Notes: a model not told the origin generated them from the sequence alone. A DNA stretch of 64,000 nucleotides from Candidatus Marinacidobacterales bacterium (GCA_965237955.1 OZ250169.1:7008001-7072000); one strand, 5' to 3'. Counted from the first letter of the stretch, positions 30,749 through 41,866 are shown. Numbers and translations: made by a program.

Positions 30749-30786
30749 GCTACAAAACCGGAAATTTTGTAGTGCACCCCGCTACA
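30749..30786. promoter_or_regulatory. Enhancer (UAS) matching the sites at 4268-4328
   Basis: TGTAGTG-caccc-CGCTACA (30768-30786) plus a GCTACA half-site (30749-30754). Confidence 0.6.
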
Positions 30787-30811
30787 TTCATTAAGGGGTG
30801 TGTTCGGACTA

Positions 30812-32944
30812 TCAGTAAAAAGACTTGCGGTTGGACAGGAACTTCGGGGGTTCGAAGCGGCGTCCTAGCTTGTCCTGCCACTTTTTCAGGTTGTCGACGA
30901 TGCGATTCAGACCGTAGCCGTCGGCGTATCGCAACAAGCCTCCGCGGAATGGGGGGAACCCGGTGCCCATCACCATCGCGAGGTCGAGCTCGCCGGCGCT
31001 CGCCACGATCTCGTCGTCGAGACACCGCGCCGCTTCTGCAACCATGAGACCGAGGGCGCGCTCGATGAGCTCGTCCGCGGGCACCCGGCTTTCATTGCGG
31101 AGGGGATCAACTCGCGCAATCGCGAGCACGGTGGCGTCGGGGGTCTCTTTCTTGCCGGGCTTGCCGTCATAGCGATAGAAACCGCGTCCTGCCTTCTTCC
31201 CCAAACGTCCCTCGGTAACGAGCTTGTCGACGAGAGCTGACGGTTGTGTGCGCTCGCCAAACGCCGCCTTCAGAACCTTTCCCGCTTTCTGCGCCACGTC
31301 GAGCCCCACTTCATCGAGAAGTCTCAACGGCCCCATCGGCATCCCGAAGTCGACGAACGCGCGGTCGATGGCCTCGACGTTTCCGTACTCGGCGAGAAAG
31401 TGTCCCGCCTCGTTGAGGTACGGCCCCAGGATACGATTCACCAAAAACCCCGGCCCATCGTTGACGAGCACCGGAGTCTTCCCAAATCGCTTCGCGAGCG
31501 CAACGAGAGACCGAACGGTTGTATCATCCGTCTCTTTGCCGCGGATCACTTCGATGAGCGGCATGCGGTCGACGGGGTTGAAAAAGTGGAAGCCCGCCAT
31601 GCGCGCCGGATCGTCGAGGACGCTTTGCATGTCGGACACCGATAGCGTCGAGGTATTGGTGGCGATGATGCAATCCGCCGAAACGTGTGGCTCCAGCTCG
31701 CGCAAGACGCTCTTTTTGATGGCGAGGTCCTCGACGATCGCTTCGATCACGACGTCCGCGCGCCGAAAGCCAGTGAAATCGAGCGTGGTGGTGATGAGCG
31801 CCATCTTCCGATCGAGCTCCCATCGTGTCATCCCCAGCGGGCGCCGGCGTTTCCGGCGCTTTTCGAAAATATCGCGCGCCGCACGTAGTCCTTGGCCGAG
31901 CGCATCGGGGCTTATGTCCTTGAGGCGGACCGGGATGTCCACGGACGCCAGGATACGCGCAATCCCACCCCCCATCGTGCCGGCGCCGAGGAGCGCAGCG
32001 GCTTCAACGGGACGCGGAGTCGCATCGGTGCCGGGATCTTTCTTGGCCGCCTCGTTCAAGAAGAAGAGGTGAACGAGGCTTTTGGAGACGTCCCCGGGAA
32101 GAAGCTCCTTCGCGCGCTCGGCTTCGAGCTCGAGCGAGCGCTTGCGCGATCGCCGGCCTTCGCGCAACACGTCGATGATCGCGAGCGGCGCCGGATAGTG
32201 TCCTTTTGTTTGAGCCAGAACCCACTTTTTCGCTTGGGAGAACAGGATAGCTCTGCCGATGGGGTTCGCGGTAAGCAGCCACTCCGAGATAGATGCTTTG
32301 CGCCGTTTTGGTTTCTTGCCGTTTTGGAGATCTCGAAGGAGCTCGAGTGCGCGCCGCCCAAGCTCAGCGTGGGCCACGGCGCGATCGATGATCCCGAGAC
32401 GCTCGGCACGCTCGGCGTCGATCCCTCGGCCGCGCAGGATGAAATCGAGCGCCTTTTTTAGCCCGATGAGCCGCGGCAGCTGCGTGGTACCTCCCCACGC
32501 GGGGAGGATCCCGAGGTTGACCTCGGGGAGGCCAATCTGAAAACGCGGATGGTCCGAGCCCACGCGCGCGTCGCACGCGAGCGCTATCTCGGTTCCACCC
32601 CCGAGACAAACGCCGCCGATTGCTGCAACCACTGGAAACGGCAGGGCTTCGACACGGTCCATGATCGCCTGCCCCGCGCGAACAGCCTCGGCAGCGATCT
32701 CACCATCGGTGATGGTTTGAAACTCGGCCACATCAGCGCCGGCGAGGAACATCCCGTCCTGGTTGGACGTGATGATGGCCCCGCGCACCCCCGGGAGCGC
32801 CTCGAGCTCCGAAAGAATCGTCTGCAAGCGCTCCATCACCGCCCGCGACAGCTTGTTCACCTTTTCGCCCGGTGAATCAAAGGTGATCCAGGCGATGTCG
32901 TCGTCGAACTCCAGTCGGATCGGCGTCGAATCGGGCCCGCTCAT
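30812..32944 (-). CDS. fadJ: Fatty acid oxidation multifunctional enzyme (enoyl-CoA hydratase / 3-hydroxyacyl-CoA dehydrogenase)
   Basis: FLAGAD, CLGGGTEIALAC, LPEVNLG, GAGTMGGGIA, TNTSTL, HFFNPV, GTGFPPFRGG. Confidence 0.9.
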   Translation of the reverse strand: MSGPDSTPIRLEFDDDIAWITFDSPGEKVNKLSRAVMERLQTILSELEALPGVRGAIITSNQDGMFLAGADVAEFQTITDGEIAAEAVRAGQAIMDRVEALPFPVVAAIGGVCLGGGTEIALACDARVGSDHPRFQIGLPEVNLGILPAWGGTTQLPRLIGLKKALDFILRGRGIDAERAERLGIIDRAVAHAELGRRALELLRDLQNGKKPKRRKASISEWLLTANPIGRAILFSQAKKWVLAQTKGHYPAPLAIIDVLREGRRSRKRSLELEAERAKELLPGDVSKSLVHLFFLNEAAKKDPGTDATPRPVEAAALLGAGTMGGGIARILASVDIPVRLKDISPDALGQGLRAARDIFEKRRKRRRPLGMTRWELDRKMALITTTLDFTGFRRADVVIEAIVEDLAIKKSVLRELEPHVSADCIIATNTSTLSVSDMQSVLDDPARMAGFHFFNPVDRMPLIEVIRGKETDDTTVRSLVALAKRFGKTPVLVNDGPGFLVNRILGPYLNEAGHFLAEYGNVEAIDRAFVDFGMPMGPLRLLDEVGLDVAQKAGKVLKAAFGERTQPSALVDKLVTEGRLGKKAGRGFYRYDGKPGKKETPDATVLAIARVDPLRNESRVPADELIERALGLMVAEAARCLDDEIVASAGELDLAMVMGTGFPPFRGGLLRYADGYGLNRIVDNLKKWQDKLGRRFEPPKFLSNRKSFY

Positions 32945-33024
32945 AGTCGGAAGCGGAGTCTATCAAACAGAGTGTGAACAAGCTCTCTTGCATCCCCGTC
33001 GCCGACAGAGGACAATTGGGATCG

Positions 33025-33918
33025 ATGAGTTTCTTCGCCTGGCTGAAGGATGTCCTGCGGAACGACGACATCGTCAGCGCGCTGACCGGCACCGAAGTCG
33101 AGCCTCCGTTTCTCGACAGGGAACGCAAGCGCCGAACGCAGATTTGGACGGTCGTCGGCTATTTTGCGTTCGCAATAGGCTTTCTCGTTCTCTCCACGCT
33201 CGTTGGTACGCCGCCTCCAGAGGAAAGCTGGAACCCTCCTGGGCTCATTTTTTTCATCGAGGCAGGTCCTGGGGGGGGGGGTGGCGGCGGTGACGGCTCG
33301 GACGACCCCCTCTCGGAGCAGGAAATCGCGGGTGAAGACGTAGCGACAGTCGCCGTCAACGTCGAGGTCCCTGAGGAAAAACTCGTCTTCGACGACCCTG
33401 ACAAGCCGGACGAGCCCGAGGAGGAAGAGGAGGAGCTGGAAGAGGAAGAAGAAGCACCCGAGATCAAAGCTCCCGTCGTCGCGCAGGCGCCGGATGCGGC
33501 GGACGCGCTCGGTGCCTTGGAAGGTCTCGACAACGTTGCCGCCAATGCCGGCCCCGGCACGGGTGGCGGCATCGGCGAAGGCGACGGCTCCGGCCTAGGT
33601 CATGGTAGGGGTGGCGGCTTCGGCGGCGGCGCCTACCGCTTGGGCTCCGGAATTAGCCCGCCTCAGCCGGTAAAAACGGTGCGACCGACGTACACCAAGG
33701 ATGCGCTCGCGAAGAAGGTCGAAGGCGAGGTCATCCTCGAAGTGATCATTTTGGCGGAAGGCAAGATCGGACGGGTTCACATTCTGCGGGGTCTCAGCGC
33801 GGGTCTGAACCAGAAAGCCATCGAATGCGTCCGCCAGTGGCGATTCGTGCCCGGGAAGTTCAAGGATCAGCCCGTCGACGTGATCGCCGAAATCGTCGTC
33901 GAGTTCTCTATACTGTAA
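33025..33918 (+). CDS. TonB family energy transducer
   Basis: N-terminal TM, Gly/Glu-rich linker, C-terminal PTYTKDA..VEGEVILEV..QWRFVPG. Confidence 0.88.
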   Translation: MSFFAWLKDVLRNDDIVSALTGTEVEPPFLDRERKRRTQIWTVVGYFAFAIGFLVLSTLVGTPPPEESWNPPGLIFFIEAGPGGGGGGGDGSDDPLSEQEIAGEDVATVAVNVEVPEEKLVFDDPDKPDEPEEEEEELEEEEEAPEIKAPVVAQAPDAADALGALEGLDNVAANAGPGTGGGIGEGDGSGLGHGRGGGFGGGAYRLGSGISPPQPVKTVRPTYTKDALAKKVEGEVILEVIILAEGKIGRVHILRGLSAGLNQKAIECVRQWRFVPGKFKDQPVDVIAEIVVEFSIL

Positions 33919-33921
33919 GGC

Positions 33922-35850
33922 TTAACTCAACAGTTCTTCAGCAATCGCTTCGTCCACTTTCTCCGTCGCATCGACTTCGTGTCGGATGTCCTGAAGCCTC
34001 GACGTCAACTCGGGGACACTCGCGCTCGAAGCGTCGGCGCGGGATAAATCCAGGCGCAGTTGCTTGATCTGATGCTTGGCGACGTCCTGGCGCACGGCGA
34101 GACGTTCGATGACGACGAGCGCTTTGCCGATCGCTTGGCCGCGCTGGCGCAGCACATCGAACTGTCGCTGAAAGAGCCTGCGATCCTCGGTGGTGGTGGC
34201 TTCGACGAGCTTGCGCTCGGCCTCCTCCAACGTCTTCGCGAGCCGCGCACGCTCTTCCGTCAACGTCTGCTCGGTGAGATCGCGGTGCTTCGTCGCGAGT
34301 GTGGTTATACGATCGACGATACCGTCGATTTCCTCGATGAGAGAATCCGCGTCGTCGCCGCCGCGCTTTTTCAACAGCGCTTTGACGCGATCAACTTCCT
34401 CGCGAAACGATTGTGAGAGCAACCCCTCGGGCAGTGCGTTTTGGACCTCGGGCATCACTTTCGCTTCCTTGGCGGCGAGCTCTCGATTGCGGCGCCACAG
34501 CGGGAGCGCGGCGGGGACGGTATTGATCGCGTGCACCGCGAGTCCGATACCCCAGAAACCCATCCAGAACGGAACCTCCCCTCGCCATACGAACCAAACG
34601 ATGCCCATTCCGACGAAGCTCGCCGCGTGGCAAAAGAAGTCCTGGAGCTTCCGTTTTCGCGCCCAATCGACCGGATCTCCGCGGTACGGAACTTCCTGAC
34701 GGAAGACGGCGCTCTCGTAGAGCGGAATCCACTCCGCTTCACCGTTTTGCCGGATGAGCTCCGTCCCGGAGTAACGGTTTCTGCGCAGCTTTCTGCGAAG
34801 ACGCTCCTCGGTGACCGACTTGGTTTTCCCGTCACTCGTTTGGATCTGAAACGTCACTTCGTTGAGGGCGCTAGCGATCTCTCGACGAACTCCTCCCAGA
34901 GCGTCGTTTAACTCGTTCCCCACGAGAGCGGCGATGCCTCTGCCAAGGGACGGCACATCGGGCTCGGGACTCTGCGGGACAGGAGGGATCGCCGGGACAG
35001 GCGAGACGGATTTGAGCTCGCGCAGAAGCTCGCTCGTGTCTTGGTAGCGCTCACCCGGTCTTTTCTCGAGACAGCGGCGCACCACCCGAGTCAAAACTTC
35101 GGGGCATTTGGAGTTGAGCTCAAAAATGGCGCGAGGCTCGTTCTCGATGATCGACGCCAGGGTCTGCGCCGCGGTCTCCCGGGAAAACGCCATCGAGCCC
35201 GTCGCCATCTCGTAGAGGATCAACCCGAGCGAGAATTGATCGGAGCGGTGGTCAACGGCCTTTCCCGAGGCTTGCTCGGGCGACATGTACTCCACGGTTC
35301 CAATCAGCATTCCATGCCGAGTGCCGAGTCGAGCCATCGTCGCCATCTCCGAGTGGGTCTCGAAGGGAATTTCCAGAAGCTTCGCGAGGCCGAAGTCGAG
35401 AATCTTCACGAAGCCGTCCGTGGTCACCATGATGTTCTCGGGCTTGATGTCGCGGTGCACGATGCCGGCTTCGTGAGCATTGGCGGGTCCCGCTGCGATT
35501 TGACGACTCAAATCCAAGAGTCGCTCGTTGTCGAACGGCGCATCAACGAGAAGCTGCCGCAGGTTCGACCCCTCGATGAGCTCCATCACAATGTAGTGGG
35601 TGTCGTCTTCCTGACCGATGTCGTAAATGTGGACGATGTTCGGATGGTTGAGCGCCGACGCCGCCCGCGCTTCCTGCTCGAAGCGGCGAAGCCTGTCCGG
35701 GTCCGAAGCAAACTCTTTGAGCAGAACCTTGAGCGCTACCTGACGCCCAAGCTTCAGATCCTTGGCGCGATAAACTTCCCCCATCGCGCCCGCACCAATA
35801 GGCCCTACAATCTCGTAAGAACCTAGACGAGTACCTGCCTCGAGGGACAC
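33922..35850 (-). CDS. Ser/Thr protein kinase with a 2TM domain and C-terminal coiled coil
   Basis: GAGAMGEVY, HRDIKPEN, DFGLAK, YMSPEQ; F..HAASF...WGIGLAVH 2TM-like segment. Confidence 0.92.
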   Translation of the reverse strand: MSLEAGTRLGSYEIVGPIGAGAMGEVYRAKDLKLGRQVALKVLLKEFASDPDRLRRFEQEARAASALNHPNIVHIYDIGQEDDTHYIVMELIEGSNLRQLLVDAPFDNERLLDLSRQIAAGPANAHEAGIVHRDIKPENIMVTTDGFVKILDFGLAKLLEIPFETHSEMATMARLGTRHGMLIGTVEYMSPEQASGKAVDHRSDQFSLGLILYEMATGSMAFSRETAAQTLASIIENEPRAIFELNSKCPEVLTRVVRRCLEKRPGERYQDTSELLRELKSVSPVPAIPPVPQSPEPDVPSLGRGIAALVGNELNDALGGVRREIASALNEVTFQIQTSDGKTKSVTEERLRRKLRRNRYSGTELIRQNGEAEWIPLYESAVFRQEVPYRGDPVDWARKRKLQDFFCHAASFVGMGIVWFVWRGEVPFWMGFWGIGLAVHAINTVPAALPLWRRNRELAAKEAKVMPEVQNALPEGLLSQSFREEVDRVKALLKKRGGDDADSLIEEIDGIVDRITTLATKHRDLTEQTLTEERARLAKTLEEAERKLVEATTTEDRRLFQRQFDVLRQRGQAIGKALVVIERLAVRQDVAKHQIKQLRLDLSRADASSASVPELTSRLQDIRHEVDATEKVDEAIAEELLS

Positions 35851-35878
35851 TCCACACCCCGCGAGAGTGTAGCACTAA

Positions 35879-35950
35879 CCTCTCCCCCGTGAGCGGGTGA
35901 GGGGGCTACTCATGCTTCCTGGCAGCTGGTGACTGGCGACTGGAAGCTGA
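35879..35950. repeat. REP-like hairpin plus a heptamer tandem array (CTGGNRR x4)
   Basis: CCTCTCCC..GGGTGAGG hairpin; CTGGCAG CTGGTGA CTGGCGA CTGGAAG CTGA at 35919-35950. Confidence 0.55.
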
Positions 35951-35951
35951 C

Positions 35952-36467
35952 CTACTTGTTCTCATTCTGATACTGACCCGCATACGTCTTCGCCGCCGGC
36001 GCATCGAGCCCATAGAAAACGAGCTGCAGAACGCGCGCATCACGCTTCAGACGTAACCCAGCTGGGTTGTGCACCACAAGAACCGAGCCGCTCCGACCCG
36101 AGTATCCGGAATCCCACAAAGCCGTACCGATGTGGGCGCCGCTTCTGAGCAAGCTCGAGCGCGTGCGAGCCATTCCGAACATGTCGGGCGGGATGTTCAC
36201 CACTTCGTTGTACACGATCCAATACGGGCCCGGAGCCAGCGTCCACCAGCCCTCGCCGTCCGGCTCGATCGGAATCGTCTCCGGTGTCTTCCGCTCAGAG
36301 TTGTCGAAGTCGATGGTACCGGGCTCGTCTCCGAAGCGCGCGACCTCACGCAACGTGAAGTCCACACCGTTCATTTGAATCTGCGTTTCCGTATCGACCA
36401 GGTCTTCTACGAGCGGCGGATCCGCGGCGAGTCGTGTTCGAAGCGATTCGCCTTCGACGAGTTTCAT
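35952..36467 (-). CDS. dUTPase of the dCTP-deaminase-like (archaeal-type) family
   Basis: [43 protein letters not shown]; lacks the Dcd TLE motif. Confidence 0.8.
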   Translation of the reverse strand: MKLVEGESLRTRLAADPPLVEDLVDTETQIQMNGVDFTLREVARFGDEPGTIDFDNSERKTPETIPIEPDGEGWWTLAPGPYWIVYNEVVNIPPDMFGMARTRSSLLRSGAHIGTALWDSGYSGRSGSVLVVHNPAGLRLKRDARVLQLVFYGLDAPAAKTYAGQYQNENK

Positions 36468-37036
36468 GCGTCTTCCCCTTCGAGTTTCGGCAATGTGATG
36501 TGCTGTTGCCCCTGGTACTTGCCCTTCTTGTCTTTATAGGAAAGTTCGCACTCTTCGTCACTCTCGAAAAACAGAACTTGCGCGATTCCCTCGTTCGCGT
36601 AGATGCGGCATGGAAGCGGCGTCGTGTTCGAAATCTCGAGGGTCGCGTTCCCCTCCCACTCCGCGTCGAAACCAGTGACGTTGATGATGATGCCGCACCG
36701 CGCATACGTCGACTTGCCGATACACACCGCATAAACATTTCTCGGAATGCGGAAGTTCTCGACAGTATTCGAGAGCGCGAACGAGTTCGGCGGGATGGTG
36801 CACACCTCGCCTTTGTAATCGACGAAGCTTTTCGGGTCGAAGTTCTTGGGGTCGACGACGGCCGTGTTCACGTTCGTGAAGATCTTGAACTCGTCCGAGA
36901 CCCGGATGTCATAGCCGTACGAGGACAAGCCATAGGAGATGACGTTGTCGCGAACTTGATTTTCCACGAACGGGTCGATCATCCTGTGCTCGTGCGCCAT
37001 CCGTCGGATCCACTTGTCGGATTTGATGGATGGCAT
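36464..37036 (-). CDS. dcd: dCTP deaminase
   Basis: [42 protein letters not shown]. Confidence 0.96.
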   Translation of the reverse strand: MPSIKSDKWIRRMAHEHRMIDPFVENQVRDNVISYGLSSYGYDIRVSDEFKIFTNVNTAVVDPKNFDPKSFVDYKGEVCTIPPNSFALSNTVENFRIPRNVYAVCIGKSTYARCGIIINVTGFDAEWEGNATLEISNTTPLPCRIYANEGIAQVLFFESDEECELSYKDKKGKYQGQQHITLPKLEGEDA

Positions 37037-37046
37037 GGACCCGCCT

Positions 37047-37466
37047 CTAGCCTTGAATCTGGAGCGAGGTAAAGAAGTACGGAATCTCGGTAGCCGCTGA
37101 CTCGGGCGAGTCCGAGCCATGGATCACGTTGGCCTCTACCGAGGTCCCAAACAACTTCCGAATCGTTCCCTCGTCGGCATCTTCAGGATCAGTGGCACCC
37201 ATGAGCGTGCGCAGATCGTCGATGGCGTTGTCTTTCTCCAGCACCAACACGATGCACGGCCCGGAGGACATAAACTGAGTCAAGCTCCCGAAAAAATGGA
37301 TCTTTTTGTGCACAGCGTAAAAGCCTTCCGCGTGGCGCTTCGTCATCTGGATCATGCGTAGCCCAAGAATCCTGAACCCGGCTTCCTCGATCATGGCGAG
37401 GATGTTCCCCGCATTCCCTTGGCGAACGCCATCCGGCTTGATGATGGAAAGTGTTTTTTGACTCAC
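37047..37466 (-). CDS. ndk: Nucleoside diphosphate kinase
   Basis: [30 protein letters not shown]; GTG start at 37466. Confidence 0.97.
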   Translation of the reverse strand: MSQKTLSIIKPDGVRQGNAGNILAMIEEAGFRILGLRMIQMTKRHAEGFYAVHKKIHFFGSLTQFMSSGPCIVLVLEKDNAIDDLRTLMGATDPEDADEGTIRKLFGTSVEANVIHGSDSPESAATEIPYFFTSLQIQG

Positions 37467-37476
37467 GTCAACCTCT

Positions 37477-38346
37477 TTAGCTGATAATTCCCGCCATTGT
37501 CTCGCCCATTTCGGCGGGACTTTCGACAACGGTAACGCCAACGCTCTGGAGCGTGGCCATCTTGTCGGCGGCGGTGCCCTTGCCGCCCATGACGATGGCT
37601 CCGGCATGGCCCATGCGACGGCCCGGAGGCGCGGTCTGGCCGGCGATGAACGAGACGACGGGTTTGGTCACTTTTCTCTTGATGTAGTCGGCGGCAGCCT
37701 CCTCGGCACTTCCGCCAATCTCACCGATCATGATGATGGCATCGGTGTCGTCGTCTTCTTGGAAGAGCTCGAGCGCATCGACGAACGTCGTACCGATGAC
37801 GGGATCGCCGCCGATACCGATACAAGTCGACTGCCCGATGCCGCGCGTCGAAAGCTGATAGACGGCTTCGTACGTCAGTGTGCCGCTTCTCGACACGACG
37901 CCGACCCGACCTTCCTTGTGGATGTGACCGGGCATGATGCCGATTTTCGCCTTCCCGGGCGAGATGAGGCCAGGGCAATTTGGACCGAGGATACGGCTCT
38001 TGCCGTCGGGCGCAACGCGCATGACCTCGACCATATCGAACGCGGGAATACCTTCGGTAATGCACACCACGAGGGGAATCTCCGAAGCGACCGCCTCGAG
38101 AATGGCGTCGGCGGCGAACGACGGTGGAACGAAGATGACGGTCGCGTTCGCCCCCGTCTCTTGCACCGCGTCGGCGACGGTATTGAAGACCGGCACCCCT
38201 TCCACCGTCTGCCCCGCCTTGCCCGGGGTGACGCCGGCGACGACGTTCGTGCCATAGTCGATAGCGCCTTTGGTGTGGAACTGACCTTCCCGGCCGGTAA
38301 TGCCTTGAACGAGGAGGCGCGTGTCCTTGTCGATGAGAACACTCAT
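37477..38346 (-). CDS. sucD: Succinyl-CoA ligase alpha subunit
   Basis: [27 protein letters not shown]. Confidence 0.98.
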   Translation of the reverse strand: MSVLIDKDTRLLVQGITGREGQFHTKGAIDYGTNVVAGVTPGKAGQTVEGVPVFNTVADAVQETGANATVIFVPPSFAADAILEAVASEIPLVVCITEGIPAFDMVEVMRVAPDGKSRILGPNCPGLISPGKAKIGIMPGHIHKEGRVGVVSRSGTLTYEAVYQLSTRGIGQSTCIGIGGDPVIGTTFVDALELFQEDDDTDAIIMIGEIGGSAEEAAADYIKRKVTKPVVSFIAGQTAPPGRRMGHAGAIVMGGKGTAADKMATLQSVGVTVVESPAEMGETMAGIIS

Positions 38347-39512
38347 GTGGCGCCTCCAGCCACCGCGGCGACGACTTTCTCCGCGGCCTCCTTCATGCTA
38401 TCGGCGGTGATGAAGTTCAGCCCCGATTCGGCGAGCATCTTCTTGCCGATCTCGACGTTCGTCCCCTCCGCGCGGATCACGATGGGAACATCGACGTCGA
38501 GCTCTTTCACCGCGGCAATCAAACCCTCGGCCAGTCGATCGACACGAAGAATCCCCCCGAAGATATTGATCAAAACGGCTTTGACTTGCTCGTCGGCCAT
38601 GAGGATGCGGAACCCGGCTTTGATTTGCTCCGGACTCGCGCCGCCACCCACGTCGAGGAAATTCGCGGCGGCGCCGCCGGAATGCTTGATGATGTCCATG
38701 GTCGCCATCGCCAGACCCGCGCCGTTGACCATGCAGCCGACGCTTCCGTCGAGCTTGATGTAGTTGAGAGAATGCTCCGAAGCTTCGACCTCGAGCGGCA
38801 ATTCTTCGTGGATGTCACGAAGCTCAGAGATATCGGGATGCCGGAACAGAGCGCTGTCGTCCACGGTGAGCTTGGCGTCGAGGGCGAGGACTTCGCCTTC
38901 CTTGGTGATGAGGCAGGGATTGATCTCGAGCATGGAGGCGTCAAGTTTTTTGAACGCGTCGTAGAGGCTCATCAAAAAGCGCACCTCTTTTTTGTGGACG
39001 TCTCCCGACAGGCCGAGATCGAACGCGAGGTCGCGAGCCTGGTAGCCCATCATCCCGACCGCAGGATCGATCTCGGCGCGGAAGATCTTCTCCGGAGTCT
39101 CCGCAGCGACCTTTTCGATCTCGACGCCGCCCGACGCGCTCGCGATGGCGATCGGCCACCCGATGACGCGGTCGATGAGGAAGCTGACGTAGAGCTCGCG
39201 ATCGATGTTCAGGCCTTCTTCGATGAGGAGCTTTCGTACTTCTTTACCTTCCGGACCGGTCTGAGCGGTCACCAGCGTTCTTCCAAGAATCTCGCCGGCA
39301 AACGTTTCCACCTCTCCTTGGGAGTGCACGAGCTTGACGCCTCCCGCTTTCCCGCGCCCGCCGGCGTGGATCTGAGCCTTGACGACAACAGGATAACCGA
39401 GCCCTTCGGCCGCGTTGACGGCGTCGGCCACCGATTCGACCATCTCGCCCCGTGGCACTTTGACGCCGCATTGCGAAAGGAGCGCTTTCGATTGGTATTC
39501 GTGTAGGTTCAT
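38343..39512 (-). CDS. sucC: Succinyl-CoA ligase beta subunit
   Basis: [33 protein letters not shown]. Confidence 0.98.
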   Translation of the reverse strand: MNLHEYQSKALLSQCGVKVPRGEMVESVADAVNAAEGLGYPVVVKAQIHAGGRGKAGGVKLVHSQGEVETFAGEILGRTLVTAQTGPEGKEVRKLLIEEGLNIDRELYVSFLIDRVIGWPIAIASASGGVEIEKVAAETPEKIFRAEIDPAVGMMGYQARDLAFDLGLSGDVHKKEVRFLMSLYDAFKKLDASMLEINPCLITKEGEVLALDAKLTVDDSALFRHPDISELRDIHEELPLEVEASEHSLNYIKLDGSVGCMVNGAGLAMATMDIIKHSGGAAANFLDVGGGASPEQIKAGFRILMADEQVKAVLINIFGGILRVDRLAEGLIAAVKELDVDVPIVIRAEGTNVEIGKKMLAESGLNFITADSMKEAAEKVVAAVAGGAT

Positions 39513-39518
39513 ACCGTG

Positions 39519-40457
39519 TTATCCCACACCAATGACGTCGACCAGCTCCTGGACCGAGGCCGCCGACTTCTGAAGCGCCGCGCGCTCGTCGCTCGTCAAA
39601 TGAATCTCGATGATCTCCTCGACGCCCTTCGAGCCGAGCTTACAGGGAACGCCCATGTAGAGGCCGTTGATGCCGTACTCATTTTCCAGATACGCAGCCG
39701 TCGGCAGGATCTTCTTCTTGTCCTTCAAAATCGCATCGACCATCTCCAAGATGGAGGCCGAAGGCGCGTAGTACGCCGAGCCCGTCTTCAAGTAGCTGAC
39801 GATCTCGCCGCCGCCTTTGCGGGTTCTGTCGACGATGGTTTCGATCCTCTCCTCCGAAAGAAGATCCGGGAGCGGGATGCCCGCAACGGTGGAGTAGCGC
39901 GGGAGCGGCACCATGTCGTCACCGTGGCCGCCGAGGACGAACGCGTGGATGTTATCGACGGAGACGTTGAGCTCCATGGCGATGAACGTGCGCATCCGCG
40001 ACGAATCCAAAACGCCCGCCATGCCCATGACCCGCTCTTTCGGAAAGCCGCTCACTTTGTAGGCCGTCTGCACCATCGCATCGAGAGGATTCGAGACCAC
40101 GATCAGGATCGAATCGGGTGAGTTCTTGACCGCCTGCTCGGTCACGGCCTTCACGATCTCGTAGTTCTTCTTCAGGAGCTCGTCACGGCTCATCCCGGCC
40201 TTCCGGGGAAGCCCTGCGGTGATCACGACGATGTCGGAGCCCGCGGTGTCTTTGTAGTCGTTCGTCCCGATGACGTTCACGTCGGAGCCGCTCACCGGGC
40301 ACGCTTCCATCATGTCGAGGCCCTTGCCCTGCGGGATGCCCTCGAGGATGTCGATCATCACGACGTCGGCGATCTCCGCATCGGCGAGGCGCTGGGCGGT
40401 GGTGGCGCCCACGTTGCCGGCGCCGACGACGGTAACTTTGTTTCGTCCAATACCCAT
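39519..40457 (-). CDS. mdh: Malate dehydrogenase (LDH-like)
   Basis: [36 protein letters not shown]. Confidence 0.96.
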   Translation of the reverse strand: MGIGRNKVTVVGAGNVGATTAQRLADAEIADVVMIDILEGIPQGKGLDMMEACPVSGSDVNVIGTNDYKDTAGSDIVVITAGLPRKAGMSRDELLKKNYEIVKAVTEQAVKNSPDSILIVVSNPLDAMVQTAYKVSGFPKERVMGMAGVLDSSRMRTFIAMELNVSVDNIHAFVLGGHGDDMVPLPRYSTVAGIPLPDLLSEERIETIVDRTRKGGGEIVSYLKTGSAYYAPSASILEMVDAILKDKKKILPTAAYLENEYGINGLYMGVPCKLGSKGVEEIIEIHLTSDERAALQKSAASVQELVDVIGVG

Positions 40458-40471
40458 TGGTTTTCTTTCTC

Positions 40472-41866
40472 CTACATGTTCTCGATCATCGCCGACGCGA
40501 ACTCCGACGTCTTGAGCTTGGTGGCGCCCTCCATCAGCCGTTCGAAGTCATAGGTGACGCGTTTTTGCGAGATCGTCTTCTCCAAGCTCGATTCGATGAG
40601 ATCGGCAACCTCGTTCCACTTCATGTACTGGAACATGAGGACGCCGGAAAGGATCACCGAGCCCGGATTCACTTTGTCCTGATCGGCATACTTGGGCGCG
40701 GTTCCGTGCGTCGCCTCGAAGATCGCGTGCCCGGTGACATAATTAATGTTGCCGCCGGGCGCAATGCCGATGCCGCCGATCTGAGCGGCGAGCGCGTCGG
40801 AGAGGTAGTCGCCGTTCAAGTTCATCGTGGCAATCACGTCGAAGGATTTGGCACGGGTGAGCATCTGTTGGAGGGTGATGTCGGCGATCGCATCCTTGAT
40901 GAGAAGCTTCTCTTTCCACTTGCCGTCACCGTGGCTGCCCCAGAGCGCCTTTATCGTCTGCTCGACCTCGTCGGTCACTTCCTTCTGACGATCTTCGGTC
41001 ATCAGATCGAAACCAGGCTCGACTTCGCGGGCATTGTCGACGATAGAGATATCGGGATTCGCCTCGCGGTTTCCGAGAATCCAGCTCTCGCGCTCGCTGA
41101 TGGTCTCGCCCCTAAACTCGCGGGCGGCGAGCGCATAGCCCCAGTCCCGGAAGGCTCCCTCGGTGAACTTCATGATGTTGCCTTTGTGCACCAGGGCGAG
41201 GCTCTTGCGCTTGTTCTCGAGCGCGTAGTTGATGGCGGCGCGCACGAGCCGCTCGGTCCCTTCGCGGCTGACAGGCTTGATGCCGATGCCGCTCGTGTCG
41301 GGAAACCGAATGTTTTTGACGTTCATCTCGTTCTGGAGAAACGCGATCAGTTTCTTCGCGTCGTCGGACTCGGCGAGGTACTCGATGCCGGCGTAGATGT
41401 CTTCCGTGTTCTCGCGGAAGATGACCATATTCACATCGCCCGGCTTTTTCACCGGAGACGGGACTCCCTCGTACCACTTGACCGGGCGAAGGCACACATA
41501 AAGGTCGAGCTTCTGACGAAGCGCCACGTTCAAAGAGCGGATGCCGCCGCCTATTGGAGTCGTGAGCGGGCCTTTGATGCCCACGAGATAGTCACGAAAC
41601 GCGGCCAGGGTTTCTTCGGGGAGCCAGCTATTCGTTGCGTTGAACGCTTTTTCGCCGGCAAGCACCTCGAACCACGAGATTTTCCGCTTGCCGCCGTGGG
41701 CTTTCTCGACCGCCGCGTCGAACACACGCTGGCTCGCGGGCCAGATGTCGCGGCCGGTGCCGTCGCCTTCGATGAAGGGGATGACGGGGTTGTCGGGAAC
41801 GTTCAAATGACCGGCTTGGATCGTGATGCGACCGCCTTCCGGCGGCGTGGTAGGGCTCGTACTCAT
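40472..41866 (-). CDS. icd: NADP-dependent isocitrate dehydrogenase
   Basis: [52 protein letters not shown]. Confidence 0.97.
   Translation of the reverse strand: MSTSPTTPPEGGRITIQAGHLNVPDNPVIPFIEGDGTGRDIWPASQRVFDAAVEKAHGGKRKISWFEVLAGEKAFNATNSWLPEETLAAFRDYLVGIKGPLTTPIGGGIRSLNVALRQKLDLYVCLRPVKWYEGVPSPVKKPGDVNMVIFRENTEDIYAGIEYLAESDDAKKLIAFLQNEMNVKNIRFPDTSGIGIKPVSREGTERLVRAAINYALENKRKSLALVHKGNIMKFTEGAFRDWGYALAAREFRGETISERESWILGNREANPDISIVDNAREVEPGFDLMTEDRQKEVTDEVEQTIKALWGSHGDGKWKEKLLIKDAIADITLQQMLTRAKSFDVIATMNLNGDYLSDALAAQIGGIGIAPGGNINYVTGHAIFEATHGTAPKYADQDKVNPGSVILSGVLMFQYMKWNEVADLIESSLEKTISQKRVTYDFERLMEGATKLKTSEFASAMIENM

Noticed and set aside
33271-33281. G11 run in the TonB gene as a phase-variation switch
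   Set aside because: In frame within the poly-Gly linker typical of these proteins; no evidence of switching.
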